Below are positions 1 to 9,748 of a stretch of DNA of 64,000 nucleotides, piece after piece. The notes beneath the pieces were generated by a model, which was not told where the DNA came from, made no database searches, and saw only the letters and a list, made by a program, of their open reading frames with translations. Source of the DNA: Clostridia bacterium (GTDB lineage Bacteria > Bacillota > Clostridia > Christensenellales > UBA3700); assembly GCA_029061605.1 (NCBI GenBank), contig JAIDRT010000050.1:64382-128381 (forward strand), in the 5' to 3' direction. Each line of letters opens with the position of its first letter. The first letter of the stretch is position 1. The position numbers and the translations under genes are program-made.

Positions 1-639
1 GGCAAAGACGCTTACAGTCTGCTTGAGTACAACAAATTGAGTGAACTTATTGCAAGCGACGACGATAATTTGTCAGTGGTAGTTTTAAGAGATGGCGAAA
101 AGCAAACGCTAAACGTCACAAAACAATATTATTTGACCTATACTGACAGCGGCGAAGTTGACGAAAACGGAGATAAGATATTAGTTGGAAGTGTAAGCAA
201 AAACAAAGGATTAGGTATGGCTTTGGGCGCTTTCAGCGTGCAAAAACTCTCTTTTGGCAAAGCGTTGGGGCACGGCGCAGCGTTTGGATACGACGTGTTG
301 AGAGTGACTGGCAAGTCTCTCAAACAAGTTTTCAATGGCTCAGTATCAGTCAGTGAATCAATGGGCGGCACGGCTACGGCGATATTTTCGCTTGCTCAAC
401 TCGTGCAGGCTGGCATACCTGCGATAATATACGGCTTTTGTATTCTGTCAGTGTCAATTGGCATTATGAACGTAATGCCGTTGCCTGCGTTGGATGGCTC
501 AAGAATTGTCTTTGCAATCATAGAGGGCATCAGACGTAAGCCTGTCAATAGAAAAATTGAAGGTACAGTTCACTTTGTAGGACTTATCGTCTTACTGGCT
601 TTGGCGATACTGCTAGACGTACTGCACTTTTTTAAGTAA
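1..639 (+). CDS. rseP: RIP zinc metalloprotease RseP/RasP (M50 site-2 protease), C-terminal part; 5' end lies outside the window
   Basis: Frame 1 is open from nt 1. The C-terminal 'MNVMPLPALDGSRIVFAIIEGIRRKP' is the NxxPxxxLDG-type motif of M50 proteases and is followed by a terminal TM helix. It lies directly upstream of ispG, as in many Clostridia. Confidence 0.8.
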   Translation, partial: GKDAYSLLEYNKLSELIASDDDNLSVVVLRDGEKQTLNVTKQYYLTYTDSGEVDENGDKILVGSVSKNKGLGMALGAFSVQKLSFGKALGHGAAFGYDVLRVTGKSLKQVFNGSVSVSESMGGTATAIFSLAQLVQAGIPAIIYGFCILSVSIGIMNVMPLPALDGSRIVFAIIEGIRRKPVNRKIEGTVHFVGLIVLLALAILLDVLHFFK

Positions 640-701
640 ACGTAGCATTATCGTTGTTAAGAGTATACAACAGGAATTAATATACAAAATAAGAGGATAA
701 A

Positions 702-1739
702 ATGAAAAGGCGAGTTAAAGTAGGTAATACTGTCATAGGTGATGGAAACGTAACAATTCAGTCTATGACGAATACTAAGACGTCGGATATCGACAGCACC
801 GTCGCGCAAATCAAGGCTTTGGAAGACGCAGGGTGTCAACTTGTGAGATGTTCCGTTCCTGACGAAGAGAGCGCAACCGCATTAAAAGAAATTATCAAAA
901 ACGTCAACGTTCCAATAATTGCCGACATACATTTTTCGCACAAACTTGCGCTTATGTCAGCAGACGCTGGTGTTAGCAAGATACGTATCAATCCCGGCAA
1001 TATCGGCGGAGTGGACAAGGCAAAATATCTTGCAGATTATCTCAAAGAGAGAAGCGTTGCATTGAGAATAGGAGTCAATGGAGGCTCTTTGGATAGCGCT
1101 CACAAATCAAAGCCTTTGGCAGTCGCAATGAGAGACAGCGCATTGGAATATGTCAGTGTGTTGGAGAAGTGTAACTTTTATGATATAGTCATATCGGCAA
1201 AGTCGTCCAACGTCAAAGTAATGTTGGACACTTACAGATTGCTTGACAAAGCCTGCGACTATCCTTTGCATTTGGGTGTCACAGAAGCGGGACTTTATCA
1301 CACAGGTTTAGTAAAGTCGGCAATCGGTATAGGAGCGTTGCTTTGCGAAGGTATCGGCGATACGATAAGAGTATCGTTGAGCGACGATCCTGTCAAAGAG
1401 GTTGAGGCGGCAAAGGATATACTCAAGGCGTGCGATAAATATCCCTATCCTTATTGTGAGATAATTTCCTGTCCAACTTGCGCGCGTACCAATATTGCCG
1501 TCAAGGCGCTTGCTGAGCAAGTCGAGGAGATGTGCAAGGATATAAAACGCAATCTTAAGATTGCCGTAATGGGTTGCGTCGTCAACGGAATAGGCGAGTC
1601 GCAGGGCGCAAATCTCGGAGTTGCAGGCGGTAAGGATAAGTCGGCTATATTCGTCGACGGCGAATACGTCGAGAGCGTGGCAAACGAAGATATATTACTG
1701 ATATTAAAAAAATATATATTAGAATATAAAGAAAAATAA
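702..1739 (+). CDS. ispG: 4-hydroxy-3-methylbut-2-en-1-yl diphosphate synthase (IspG/GcpE)
   Basis: 345 aa. TIM-barrel N-terminal part ('IQSMTNT', 'VRCSVPD', 'RINPGNIG') and Fe-S Cys ligands ('ISCPTCART', 'MGCVVNGIGE'). AGGA RBS upstream. Confidence 0.95.
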   Translation: MKRRVKVGNTVIGDGNVTIQSMTNTKTSDIDSTVAQIKALEDAGCQLVRCSVPDEESATALKEIIKNVNVPIIADIHFSHKLALMSADAGVSKIRINPGNIGGVDKAKYLADYLKERSVALRIGVNGGSLDSAHKSKPLAVAMRDSALEYVSVLEKCNFYDIVISAKSSNVKVMLDTYRLLDKACDYPLHLGVTEAGLYHTGLVKSAIGIGALLCEGIGDTIRVSLSDDPVKEVEAAKDILKACDKYPYPYCEIISCPTCARTNIAVKALAEQVEEMCKDIKRNLKIAVMGCVVNGIGESQGANLGVAGGKDKSAIFVDGEYVESVANEDILLILKKYILEYKEK

Positions 1740-1782
1740 TCGACACATATTTGACAAAATAAGCGAGACTACGGAAGATAAT

Positions 1783-3375
1783 ATGCAATTTATAGACAAA
1801 CTCAACGAGGCAACTAACAATAAGTATGAATTTTTGAGAATATCAAAACTCAATCTTGACGTGGGAGCAAATTCTCTCTCCGTCGTATGTCTATTGCCGC
1901 AAGACGTCACGGAAGAGAAGTTTTCTGAAAACGATAAAAGAGTGATTGAAGAGTTTTGCAGAAGTCAGGTGCCTGATACTTTTGCGCTGAAGATAGCATT
2001 CGTAAAAAATTTGATAAATCAAGAAGCCGTATCTAAGCAGGTTTTTAACTATATTTCTTTAAAACATCAGACTATACTCACTCAAATGGATCCGTCTATG
2101 ACTGACGTGAAAATAGAAGGAAACAAACTTATTATTGACTTATACGTTTTCAGCACTGCTCAGCATTATTGCGAAAACAGCGGCTTTAAAGAAAAACTTG
2201 CAAAGCATATCTATAATCAAAATTGCGTAGACAAAGTCATTGTCAATATAAAGGTGTGCAAAACCGTTGACACAGGCAAGTTGCTTAAAGAGAGAGACGA
2301 TATTAAGTACGTCGACAACGGCGAAATCGAGATTGTAGGCAACTACCATTATATGGTGGGAAAAGACATAATTCGCAAACCCCGATACATAGAAAAGTAT
2401 AAAAAAGAAATGGACGGAATATGCGTCTGCGGTACGGTAAGCGAACTTAAGCGTATCAATATTATAGACAAAGCCTCGCCAGACAGAAGCGTAAAAAAAG
2501 TGCTGTTCAAGTTTGTCATATCCGATTCTACCGGCAAGATGGATTGTCTTTATTTTGCCAAAATTCGCAAGCCTAAGAAGGGCGAAAAAGAAAGTTCAAC
2601 TTGCCTCGATTTGCTCAAAGACGGTGACGACGTGGTTATTTTGGGTAATTATAAATACAGCGATTATTCTGATAAAAATGAACTATTGGTAACAAAACTT
2701 GCGTTGTGTAAGATAAATTACGAGGCGTTGGCAAAGCGTCGCGAAGACATAAAACTTGCCAATAAAATCAAGATTTTCCAGACGCCGAAAGCCTACGAAG
2801 TGGATATGAACGAAAGTCTTTTAGACCTTTTGGGGCATTGCGATTATATTATGAACAATAAGTTCGTTGTCTTTGACTTGGAGACGACGGGACTTAGCAC
2901 TGAGACAGACGACGTGATTGAATTGGGCGCAGTTAAACTTGAAGAGGGCAAAATTGTAGAGTATTACAACACGCTTGTCGACCCAAAACGAAGTATCCCC
3001 GAAGGCGCAAGCAAAGTCAATAATATCTATGATGCCGACGTAAAGAACTCTCCTTATATTGAAGATATTTTTGGATTTTTTGTTGAGTATTGCAAAGGAT
3101 ATATTCTTGTTGCGCACAACGGAGCAGGGTTTGACTTCAAGATCATAAGGCGTTTGGCGGGACAACTTGGCTATCCGCTCTACAATGAAATGGTTGACTC
3201 TTTGACGGAAGCGCGCAATATCCTTACAAAGTCTCGCCGCCATTCGCTTGAGGCTCTTTGCGAGCATTACGGAATAGTCAACAAGAATGCGCACAGAGCC
3301 TATGAGGATGCCGAAGCGACGGCAAAAGTATTTGTCAAACTTATGGACGACAAGTACAGGAAACTTGACAGTTGA
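1783..3375 (+). CDS. PolC-like N-terminal domain + OB fold + DEDDh 3'-5' exonuclease protein (no PHP or polymerase domains)
   Basis: 530 aa. Exo motifs 'FVVFDLETTGL', 'LVAHNGAGFDFKII' and 'HRAYEDAEATAKVF' resemble the PolC proofreading insert. An OB-like segment 'ICVCGTVSEL...FKFVISDSTGKMDCLYF...VVILGNYKY' precedes it. The gene occupies the polC position between ispG and rimP. Confidence 0.7.
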   Translation: MQFIDKLNEATNNKYEFLRISKLNLDVGANSLSVVCLLPQDVTEEKFSENDKRVIEEFCRSQVPDTFALKIAFVKNLINQEAVSKQVFNYISLKHQTILTQMDPSMTDVKIEGNKLIIDLYVFSTAQHYCENSGFKEKLAKHIYNQNCVDKVIVNIKVCKTVDTGKLLKERDDIKYVDNGEIEIVGNYHYMVGKDIIRKPRYIEKYKKEMDGICVCGTVSELKRINIIDKASPDRSVKKVLFKFVISDSTGKMDCLYFAKIRKPKKGEKESSTCLDLLKDGDDVVILGNYKYSDYSDKNELLVTKLALCKINYEALAKRREDIKLANKIKIFQTPKAYEVDMNESLLDLLGHCDYIMNNKFVVFDLETTGLSTETDDVIELGAVKLEEGKIVEYYNTLVDPKRSIPEGASKVNNIYDADVKNSPYIEDIFGFFVEYCKGYILVAHNGAGFDFKIIRRLAGQLGYPLYNEMVDSLTEARNILTKSRRHSLEALCEHYGIVNKNAHRAYEDAEATAKVFVKLMDDKYRKLDS

Positions 3376-3421
3376 TAGTTTATTGCGTTACCTCGACGAA
3401 TTTTATACGTCATTTTTATAT

Positions 3422-3448
3422 GTCATTTCGAGCGTAGTCGAGAAATCT
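3422..3448. repeat. Short dispersed motif copy A (gtcattYcga...gagcgNagtcgag...aaatct family)
   Basis: 'gtcatttcgagcgtagtcgagaaatct' shares its 5' and 3' boxes with 14358-14394 and its middle box with 14318-14336. Confidence 0.4.
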
Positions 3449-3510
3449 AATCCGTATTAATGCCAAAGCGTATTTTATTTATTTAATATTAAATAAATAG
3501 TATAAAACAG

Positions 3511-3539
3511 TTGCGCTCGGCGAATAAATATGATATATT
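3511..3539 (+). promoter_or_regulatory. Putative sigma-A promoter of the rimP-nusA-infB operon
   Basis: TTGCGC, a 17-nt spacer, then TATATT with an upstream TG (extended -10). It lies about 185 nt upstream of the rimP ATG. Confidence 0.4.
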
Positions 3540-3724
3540 ATTAGTGCAATAGTAGATTACTAGAGCGACTGTCTTACGCAGTCGCTTAAGTTTTAAGAGC
3601 CTCTTCTTAAGTTCATACGGCAATCTTACTATCGATTTCCGCGCTAAGTTTGTCTACGTATCGCAAAAATCGCTTACGCAATCTTGCTCGTGTCACTTAT
3701 TCAGAGTCTCTTTGGGGAGGTAGT
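3540..3724 (+). promoter_or_regulatory. Structured 5' leader of rimP (candidate rimP-leader type element)
   Basis: An 8-bp hairpin agcgactg/cagtcgct followed by 'taagtttt', plus a repeated 'gcaatctt' box. The location upstream of rimP matches where a Firmicutes rimP-leader motif has been described. No covariance model was run. Confidence 0.3.
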
Positions 3725-4198
3725 ATGTCAAAGATAACCGAATCCGTAAAAGAAATAGTCGAGCCTATCATAGCCTCCAACGCTATGGAACTTGTAGACG
3801 TAGAGTACAAAAAATTATACGGACAGGACACTTTGATAATCTATATTGACAAGGACGGCGGCGTAGACCTCAACGATTGCGAATTGATACACAATGCTAT
3901 TGACGCGCCTCTTGACGAACTCGATCCCACAGGCGGAGCGCCTTATAATCTCAATGTGTCGTCTCCTGGCATTGACAGACCGCTTAAGACGGCGAGAGAC
4001 TTTGCCAAAAAGATGGGACTTGAAATGGAAGTTTCGCTATACAAACCTCTTGCGGAACTTGGCAAGATAAAAAAATTTAATGCAATTCTTCTCGGCTACG
4101 ACGAAAATGCTCAAGAAGTCGAGTTGGAATATAAATCAAAAAACTTAAAACTTAATATAAAGGATATAGCCGTGATTAGAGAGGCTATACACTTCTAG
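3725..4198 (+). CDS. rimP: Ribosome maturation factor RimP
   Basis: ATG at 3725 preceded by GGGGAGG. 'VEPIIASNAMELVDVEY...LIIYIDKDGGV...SSPGIDRPLK' is typical of RimP. Synteny with nusA. Confidence 0.9.
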   Translation: MSKITESVKEIVEPIIASNAMELVDVEYKKLYGQDTLIIYIDKDGGVDLNDCELIHNAIDAPLDELDPTGGAPYNLNVSSPGIDRPLKTARDFAKKMGLEMEVSLYKPLAELGKIKKFNAILLGYDENAQEVELEYKSKNLKLNIKDIAVIREAIHF

Positions 4199-4207
4199 GA
4201 GGACAAA

Positions 4208-5281
4208 ATGATCAACAAAGATTTCTTTCAAGCGCTTGACGCGCTCGAAAAAGAAAAGAGAATCGAGCAACAACAGTTTATTGACGCACTTGAGACAGGA
4301 CTTGCAGTAGCGTACAAAAAAGAAAACGGAAAGGCAAAATCCGTTATGGTTGCGCTCAATCCGCAGAGATCGGAGATAAAGATATACGCTTATCAGACTG
4401 TTGTCGAAGAAGTAGAAGACGAAGAAAAGCAAATTTCTCTTCAGGACGCTAAGGCTATTAAAAACAGTTATAAGGTCGGAGATATTGTCAAAGAAGAACT
4501 CTCGCCAAAACTCTTTTCACGTATTGCGGCTCAGACTGCAAAGCAAGTGATCATTCAACGCAACAACGAGATCCAAAAAGAACTCATAAAGGACGAGATG
4601 AACAACAAAGAGGGAGAAATCGTCAAGGGTATCGTAAGAAGAGTTGAGAACGACACCGTATATTTGGAGATGGCGGGAACTCAACTTGAAGGCGTAATGT
4701 TGCCCTCCGAGCAGATCAGAGGCGAGAAGTACAACGTCAACGACGTAATCAACGTATACGTCAAGAGCGTGCGCACCAATCAAAGAGGCTCAACTCAAGT
4801 TATGGTATCAAGAGCAAGCAACGGCTTTGTCAAAAAACTCTTTGAAATGGAAGTGCCTGAAATCAAGGCAAATCTCGTCAACATCAAGAGAATTGTCAGA
4901 GAAGCCGGATACCGTACTAAGATGGCTGTATACGCAGAAGATTCTTCAATCGACGCGGTAGGAAGTTGTATCGGTCAAAAGGGTATGCGTATCAACAGTG
5001 TCGTTCAAGAACTCGGCGGCGAAAAAATTGATATAATAGGATATAGCCAAGATATGGGAGAGTATATCTCCAGAGCACTGTCTCCTGCAAAAGTAATTGC
5101 AGTTATGCTCAATCCCGAAGAAAAGAGCGCAAAGGCTATTGTCGAAGACGACAAACTTTCGCTTGCTATCGGCAAGTCTGGTCAAAACGTAAGACTTGCG
5201 GCAAAACTCACGGAGTGGAAGATAGACGTCAAGCCATATTCTTCTTTGGCAGGCAGCGATATCAACAATATAGGCGAATAA
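4208..5281 (+). CDS. nusA: Transcription termination/antitermination factor NusA
   Basis: 357 aa with an S1 domain ('GEIVKGIVRRVENDTVYLEM') and KH domains ('GSCIGQKGMRINSVVQELGGEKIDII', 'LAIGKSGQNVRLAAKLTEWKIDV'). Confidence 0.97.
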   Translation: MINKDFFQALDALEKEKRIEQQQFIDALETGLAVAYKKENGKAKSVMVALNPQRSEIKIYAYQTVVEEVEDEEKQISLQDAKAIKNSYKVGDIVKEELSPKLFSRIAAQTAKQVIIQRNNEIQKELIKDEMNNKEGEIVKGIVRRVENDTVYLEMAGTQLEGVMLPSEQIRGEKYNVNDVINVYVKSVRTNQRGSTQVMVSRASNGFVKKLFEMEVPEIKANLVNIKRIVREAGYRTKMAVYAEDSSIDAVGSCIGQKGMRINSVVQELGGEKIDIIGYSQDMGEYISRALSPAKVIAVMLNPEEKSAKAIVEDDKLSLAIGKSGQNVRLAAKLTEWKIDVKPYSSLAGSDINNIGE

Positions 5282-5282
5282 T

Positions 5283-5549
5283 ATGAAAAAACCGCCTGTG
5301 AGAATGTGTATTGCGTGCAAAAACGCATATGAAAAAAAGCAAATGTTGAGAATTGTAAAAGACAAGGACGGTAATATCTCCTTGGATTTCACAGGTAAAA
5401 AGGCAGGCAGAGGAGCGTATATTTGCGACAGCGCCGCTTGTATAGAGAAGTGCGTCAAGAACAGGCTCCTCAACAGAAACTTTGCTCAAGAGATAGCCCC
5501 TGAGGTGTATGATGCAATTAAAGAGCAATACGGAAATAGGCAAGATTGA
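5283..5549 (+). CDS. ylxR: YlxR/RnpM family (DUF448) RNA-binding protein
   Basis: 'RMCIACKN...MLRIV...GRGAYIC' is the signature of YlxR. It sits in the nusA-ylxR-ylxQ-infB context. Confidence 0.9.
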   Translation: MKKPPVRMCIACKNAYEKKQMLRIVKDKDGNISLDFTGKKAGRGAYICDSAACIEKCVKNRLLNRNFAQEIAPEVYDAIKEQYGNRQD

Positions 5550-5823
5550 TTGTTATATCAACTTTGCGGTAAGGGCAGGCAAAGTAATATGGGGAGTTGA
5601 TAATCTAGAGAGGGCAAGGCGCACTCCGCAATTGATACTCATTGACGAATCATTAGGCGCAAACAGCGCAAAACAACTTTCTCTATATTGCCAAAGAAAG
5701 AATGCAAAGAGTTTGAAATTGCCTAGCGATTATCTCAACAATCTTCTGAAAAGAAGCAATATTAAAGTTTTGTCGATTACAGACGAGTCGTTGGCTAACG
5801 CAATCCTTGCGTATTGCGAATAA
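5509..5823 (+). CDS. ylxQ: L7Ae-family ribosome-associated protein YlxQ
   Basis: 104 aa. 'FAVRAGKVIWGVDNL' is L7Ae-like. Located between ylxR and infB. The start (ATG at 5509 or 5512) overlaps ylxR and is uncertain. Confidence 0.75.
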   Translation: MMQLKSNTEIGKIDCYINFAVRAGKVIWGVDNLERARRTPQLILIDESLGANSAKQLSLYCQRKNAKSLKLPSDYLNNLLKRSNIKVLSITDESLANAILAYCE

Positions 5824-5880
5824 CGACGGCAAATATACGAAGCGCAATGCTTCGGCGGGTACCGCAAATTAAAGACGGAG

Positions 5881-8391
5881 GTGGTTTTTGTGAATAACGA
5901 AAACAAAAATGAACAATTTAAAAGTTTGAAGGAGATAGACTCGTTTTTAAGAGATGTGTCCAAGCCTTTTCTTGCTCAAATTGTTGATGCCAAGAGCAGA
6001 ATTAAAGAACTTGAGGAAAAAGTCAACGCTTTGAAACAAGAGAGACTGGCTGCGCTATATGAGCAACAACAGGCTGAAGAGGCGCAGGCTCAAGAGCAAG
6101 AAGTTGAGAACGAAATAACCGTTGACAGTGAAAATAACTCGGCGCAGGAAAGTGCAGAAACAACGCAGGAAGAAACTCCGTCAGCAAAAGAAGTCGAAGT
6201 TGAAAACGTTGACAAAAAAACCGCCCAAGTTGCTCCTCAAAGAGAGCCGCAAAAAACGCAGACTTATATCAATCCCGATATGGTGCGTCGTGGCAGCAGA
6301 GACAACAACCGTCCTCCATTTGACAAAAACAGACCTGCCGGCGGACAGCAACGACCTGTTGGACAGGGCGGCGCAAGACCTTTTGCGCCTAAAGGCAGAG
6401 TGGAAGTTGTTGCTCCCACTCCAGTGAACAGTAAGACTGACAACAAAAAGAAAAAAGACGTCAAGACGACTTTTAGCAAAGATGAAAAGAAAGGTATGTC
6501 AAAAAGAGACCTTTTGAAGAGGGGTTACGCTTATGATTCTACGCTTGAAGACGACAGCGATACCGCAAGATACGTAAAAGTTAAGAAGTCAAAAAAGGAT
6601 ATCAATACTCCTCAATACGTCAAAATAGATCACGCCGTGCTCAATAGCGAACGCGTGCCAATCAAAGTCTTCAGCGAAAAAATCGGTAAGTCTGCAACAG
6701 AAATTGTCAAGAAGTTGTTTGATATGGGCAAATTTGCGACAATCAACGATATGATCAGTTTTGAAGAGGCAGAACTTATTGCAATAGACTACGACATCAC
6801 GTTGGAACTCAAAGCCGACAAGAGCGCGGAAGACAAACTCAAGGATATAATTGATACGCAGGTTGATAATACAAAACTTGTCAAGAGACCGCCTATCGTA
6901 ACTATTATGGGTCACGTCGATCACGGTAAAACTTCGCTTCTTGACTATATTCGCAAGGCAAACGTAGCAGGCGGAGAGGCAGGTGGTATCACTCAGCACA
7001 TAGGCGCGTATACCATTGACCTCAACGGAGAAAAGATTACTTTCCTTGATACTCCGGGGCACGAAGCCTTCACTGCAATGAGACAGAGAGGCGCAAACGT
7101 AACTGATATCGCTATCATAGTAGTTGCGGCAGACGACGGAATAATGCCGCAAACCATTGAGGCAATTCATCACGCAAAAGCGGCAAAGGACGTGTCTATT
7201 ATCGTTGCGGTAAATAAGATTGATAAGACAAACGGCAACTACGATAGAATATTGCAACAATTGGCTGACAATGAAATTTTGGCTGAAGCGTGGGGCGGCG
7301 ATACGATCGTATGTCCTGTAAGCGCAAAGACAGGTCAAGGCGTTAAAGAACTTCTTGAAAGCATACTTTTGGTAGCCGAAGTCAACGAATATAAGGCAAA
7401 CAAAAAATGCTCGGCAACAGGCTCTATCATTGAAGCAAGTCTTGATAAGGGTAAAGGTCCTGTGGCTACTATTTTGGTGCAAAACGGTACGCTCAAAGTA
7501 TCAGACTATGTCGTTGCAGGCACTGCTATAGGTAAGATAAGGGATATGACGGACTATAACGGCAAGAGAGTAAAAGAGGCTTTTCCGTCTTACGCCGTAC
7601 AAGTTCAAGGTTTTTCAGAAGTGCCTAAAGCAGGCGATCTGATGGTCGTCGTAAAAGACGAAAAACTTGCCAAGAAAGTTGCTCAAGAGAGAGCCGATAA
7701 AGAAAGAGCAGAGATGCAGGCATTTAGTTCTATTAGATCTATTGACGATATTTTTGGTGACGGAAAGGATACAAAGTCGCTCAACCTCATTATCAAGGGA
7801 GACGTTCAAGGCTCTGTCGAAGCGGTCAAAGCGTCACTCCTTAAACTCAATGACGAGATGGCAGAAAAGAAAGTCAAACTTGCTGTCGTACACAGCGCAG
7901 TCGGCGCAATCAGCGAGTCGGATATTATGCTTGCAGACACCGCAAAGGCTATAATTATAGCCTTCAACGTCAAGGCTGAGACAAAGGCTCAGGCGCTTGC
8001 GGAACGTAGCAAAATAGATATAAGAAGATATAGTATTATCTACGACGCTATCAACGATATGACGAGAGCGCTCAAAGGTATGCTTGATCCGATATACAAA
8101 GAAGTCAGCCTCGGCGAAGCAGAAGTCAGAGCAACATTCAGAATTTCTTCGTTTGGCACAATTGCGGGCAGTTACGTCACAAAGGGTAAAGTTGCAAGAA
8201 ATTCCAAAGTCAGAGTTGTCAGAGACGGTATAATTATCTTTGAAGGCGTACTCACGTCTTTGAAGAGAGAAAAAGACGACGTAAAAGAAGTTGCTAGCGG
8301 ATATGAATGCGGTATTGGTCTTGAGAAGTTCAATGACGTTAAGATTGGTGATATAATCGAAAGTTACATTTTGGAGCAAATTGAGCAATGA
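5881..8391 (+). CDS. infB: Translation initiation factor IF-2
   Basis: G-domain '[12 protein letters not shown]', 'DTPGHEAF', 'NKID'. The N-terminal region is low-complexity and rich in K, E and Q. The start is GTG at 5881 or, more likely, GTG at 5890 given the GGAGG at 5877-5881. Confidence 0.97.
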   Translation: MVFVNNENKNEQFKSLKEIDSFLRDVSKPFLAQIVDAKSRIKELEEKVNALKQERLAALYEQQQAEEAQAQEQEVENEITVDSENNSAQESAETTQEETPSAKEVEVENVDKKTAQVAPQREPQKTQTYINPDMVRRGSRDNNRPPFDKNRPAGGQQRPVGQGGARPFAPKGRVEVVAPTPVNSKTDNKKKKDVKTTFSKDEKKGMSKRDLLKRGYAYDSTLEDDSDTARYVKVKKSKKDINTPQYVKIDHAVLNSERVPIKVFSEKIGKSATEIVKKLFDMGKFATINDMISFEEAELIAIDYDITLELKADKSAEDKLKDIIDTQVDNTKLVKRPPIVTIMGHVDHGKTSLLDYIRKANVAGGEAGGITQHIGAYTIDLNGEKITFLDTPGHEAFTAMRQRGANVTDIAIIVVAADDGIMPQTIEAIHHAKAAKDVSIIVAVNKIDKTNGNYDRILQQLADNEILAEAWGGDTIVCPVSAKTGQGVKELLESILLVAEVNEYKANKKCSATGSIIEASLDKGKGPVATILVQNGTLKVSDYVVAGTAIGKIRDMTDYNGKRVKEAFPSYAVQVQGFSEVPKAGDLMVVVKDEKLAKKVAQERADKERAEMQAFSSIRSIDDIFGDGKDTKSLNLIIKGDVQGSVEAVKASLLKLNDEMAEKKVKLAVVHSAVGAISESDIMLADTAKAIIIAFNVKAETKAQALAERSKIDIRRYSIIYDAINDMTRALKGMLDPIYKEVSLGEAEVRATFRISSFGTIAGSYVTKGKVARNSKVRVVRDGIIIFEGVLTSLKREKDDVKEVASGYECGIGLEKFNDVKIGDIIESYILEQIEQ

Positions 8392-8762
8392 ACAGATATG
8401 AAAGGATCAATGCGGAATTGAAAAAACAACTTTCGATAATATTGCGCGAAGGCATTAACGATCCACGAGTAGCAGGCAAAATGATATGTGTGACTGACAC
8501 GCAAGTTGACAGAGATTTGACGCTTGCGCAAGTCTATATCAGCATATTGGGCGCTAACGGCAGTGAAAAAGACGTGCTTGACGGTCTGCACAGCGCAGAA
8601 GGCTATATCAAATCGCGCCTTAAGAATTTGATCAAGTTGCGCAATATGCCGTCGCTTAGATTTAAGTTGGATACTTCGCTTGATTACGGAATGAAGATAT
8701 CCAAAATAATTGATGACATTCACAAAAAAGAAACCGGAGCGTCGGAGGATAGCGAAGTATAA
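8388..8762 (+). CDS. rbfA: Ribosome-binding factor A
   Basis: 124 aa. 'RINAELKKQLSIILRE-INDPRV...ITVTDTQVDRDLTLAQVYIS' is typical of RbfA. ATGA overlap with infB. Confidence 0.93.
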   Translation: MNRYERINAELKKQLSIILREGINDPRVAGKMICVTDTQVDRDLTLAQVYISILGANGSEKDVLDGLHSAEGYIKSRLKNLIKLRNMPSLRFKLDTSLDYGMKISKIIDDIHKKETGASEDSEV

Positions 8763-9730
8763 TGTATGAAGAGTTTATAAAAGCAGTTGACAGTAGCAGC
8801 AGTATTTGCCTCATATCACATCAAAATCCTGACGGAGATACTTGCGGAAGCGCATTGGCTCTCTATAGGGCTTTGAAGTTGTATGGCAAAGAGCGTGTGT
8901 ATATCTATTGCGACAGTGTTTTTAGAAATTCTCTTCAGGTATTGGAAGGTATTGACGAGTATAACAAATCACAGATTGACAAATGCGATCTTGCGATTGC
9001 TTGCGATTGCGCAGAATACGACCGTATGGGCGGTTATCTGGAATTGTTCAACAAGGCTAGATATCGCGTAAATATCGACCACCACAAAACCAACAGCAGA
9101 TATGGAAATATCAATATTATTGAGCCGGGCGTGAGCGCAACTTGCGAGGTTATGTACAAGATAATCAAGACAATGGACGGATTGAAGTCCTGCCTTGACG
9201 ATATTGTCGCCAAATTGCTATATAGCGGACTAGTGACGGATAGCGGAGGATTTACGTATTCTAACGTATCTAGCCAAACGCACGAAATTGCTTCAAAACT
9301 TATTGCGTACGACTTTTCGGCAAGCGATATTTGCGAACATTTTTTGAAGAACGTGTCAGTCAACGTCTTCAATTTGAGAATGAGAGTTCTTTCAAAAGCC
9401 AAGTTTTTTCAAGACGGTAAGATTGGACTGATATATTTTTCGCAAGAAGATTTTATTGCAACAAATACGGCTCCGGAAGATACGGAGGGCGCAATAAATT
9501 ATATCAGAGACATTGACACTGTTGAAATTGCAGTGGCGATTACGCAGACAAAGCAAAGCAATTCTTATAAAGTAAGCATTCGCACAAGCGATAGAGTTGA
9601 CTCGTCAAGAATTGCCTCCGTATTTGGCGGCGGCGGACATAAGAATGCGGCGGGTTGTAGAATTTCAGGATTTTTTGAGGACGTCAAGGACAAACTTCTC
9701 AAGGCGTGTTCAGATGAATTATATTATTAA
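8762..9730 (+). CDS. nrnA: DHH/DHHA1 phosphoesterase, NrnA-like oligoribonuclease/pAp phosphatase
   Basis: Motifs 'HQNPDGDTCGSALAL', 'NIDHHKTN' and 'GGGGHKNAAG'. Synteny rbfA-nrnA-truB. Confidence 0.85.
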   Translation: MYEEFIKAVDSSSSICLISHQNPDGDTCGSALALYRALKLYGKERVYIYCDSVFRNSLQVLEGIDEYNKSQIDKCDLAIACDCAEYDRMGGYLELFNKARYRVNIDHHKTNSRYGNINIIEPGVSATCEVMYKIIKTMDGLKSCLDDIVAKLLYSGLVTDSGGFTYSNVSSQTHEIASKLIAYDFSASDICEHFLKNVSVNVFNLRMRVLSKAKFFQDGKIGLIYFSQEDFIATNTAPEDTEGAINYIRDIDTVEIAVAITQTKQSNSYKVSIRTSDRVDSSRIASVFGGGGHKNAAGCRISGFFEDVKDKLLKACSDELYY

Positions 9731-9748
9731 AAAATATATAGGTAATTT

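Noticed and set aside
3650-3724. A 25-codon N-terminal extension of rimP suggested by the ORF track.
   Set aside because: The extension has no start-codon context. The ATG at 3725 has a GGGGAGG RBS and begins the conserved RimP sequence.
6122-6427. A K/R-rich 101-aa alternative-frame ORF within the infB N-terminal region.
   Set aside because: It is a frame-shifted reading of the low-complexity AAG/GAA-rich IF-2 N-terminus. It has no RBS.
6589-7482. A 297-aa ORF antisense to infB.
   Set aside because: It is a shadow ORF inside the conserved IF-2 G-domain region. It has no start context and no recognisable motif.
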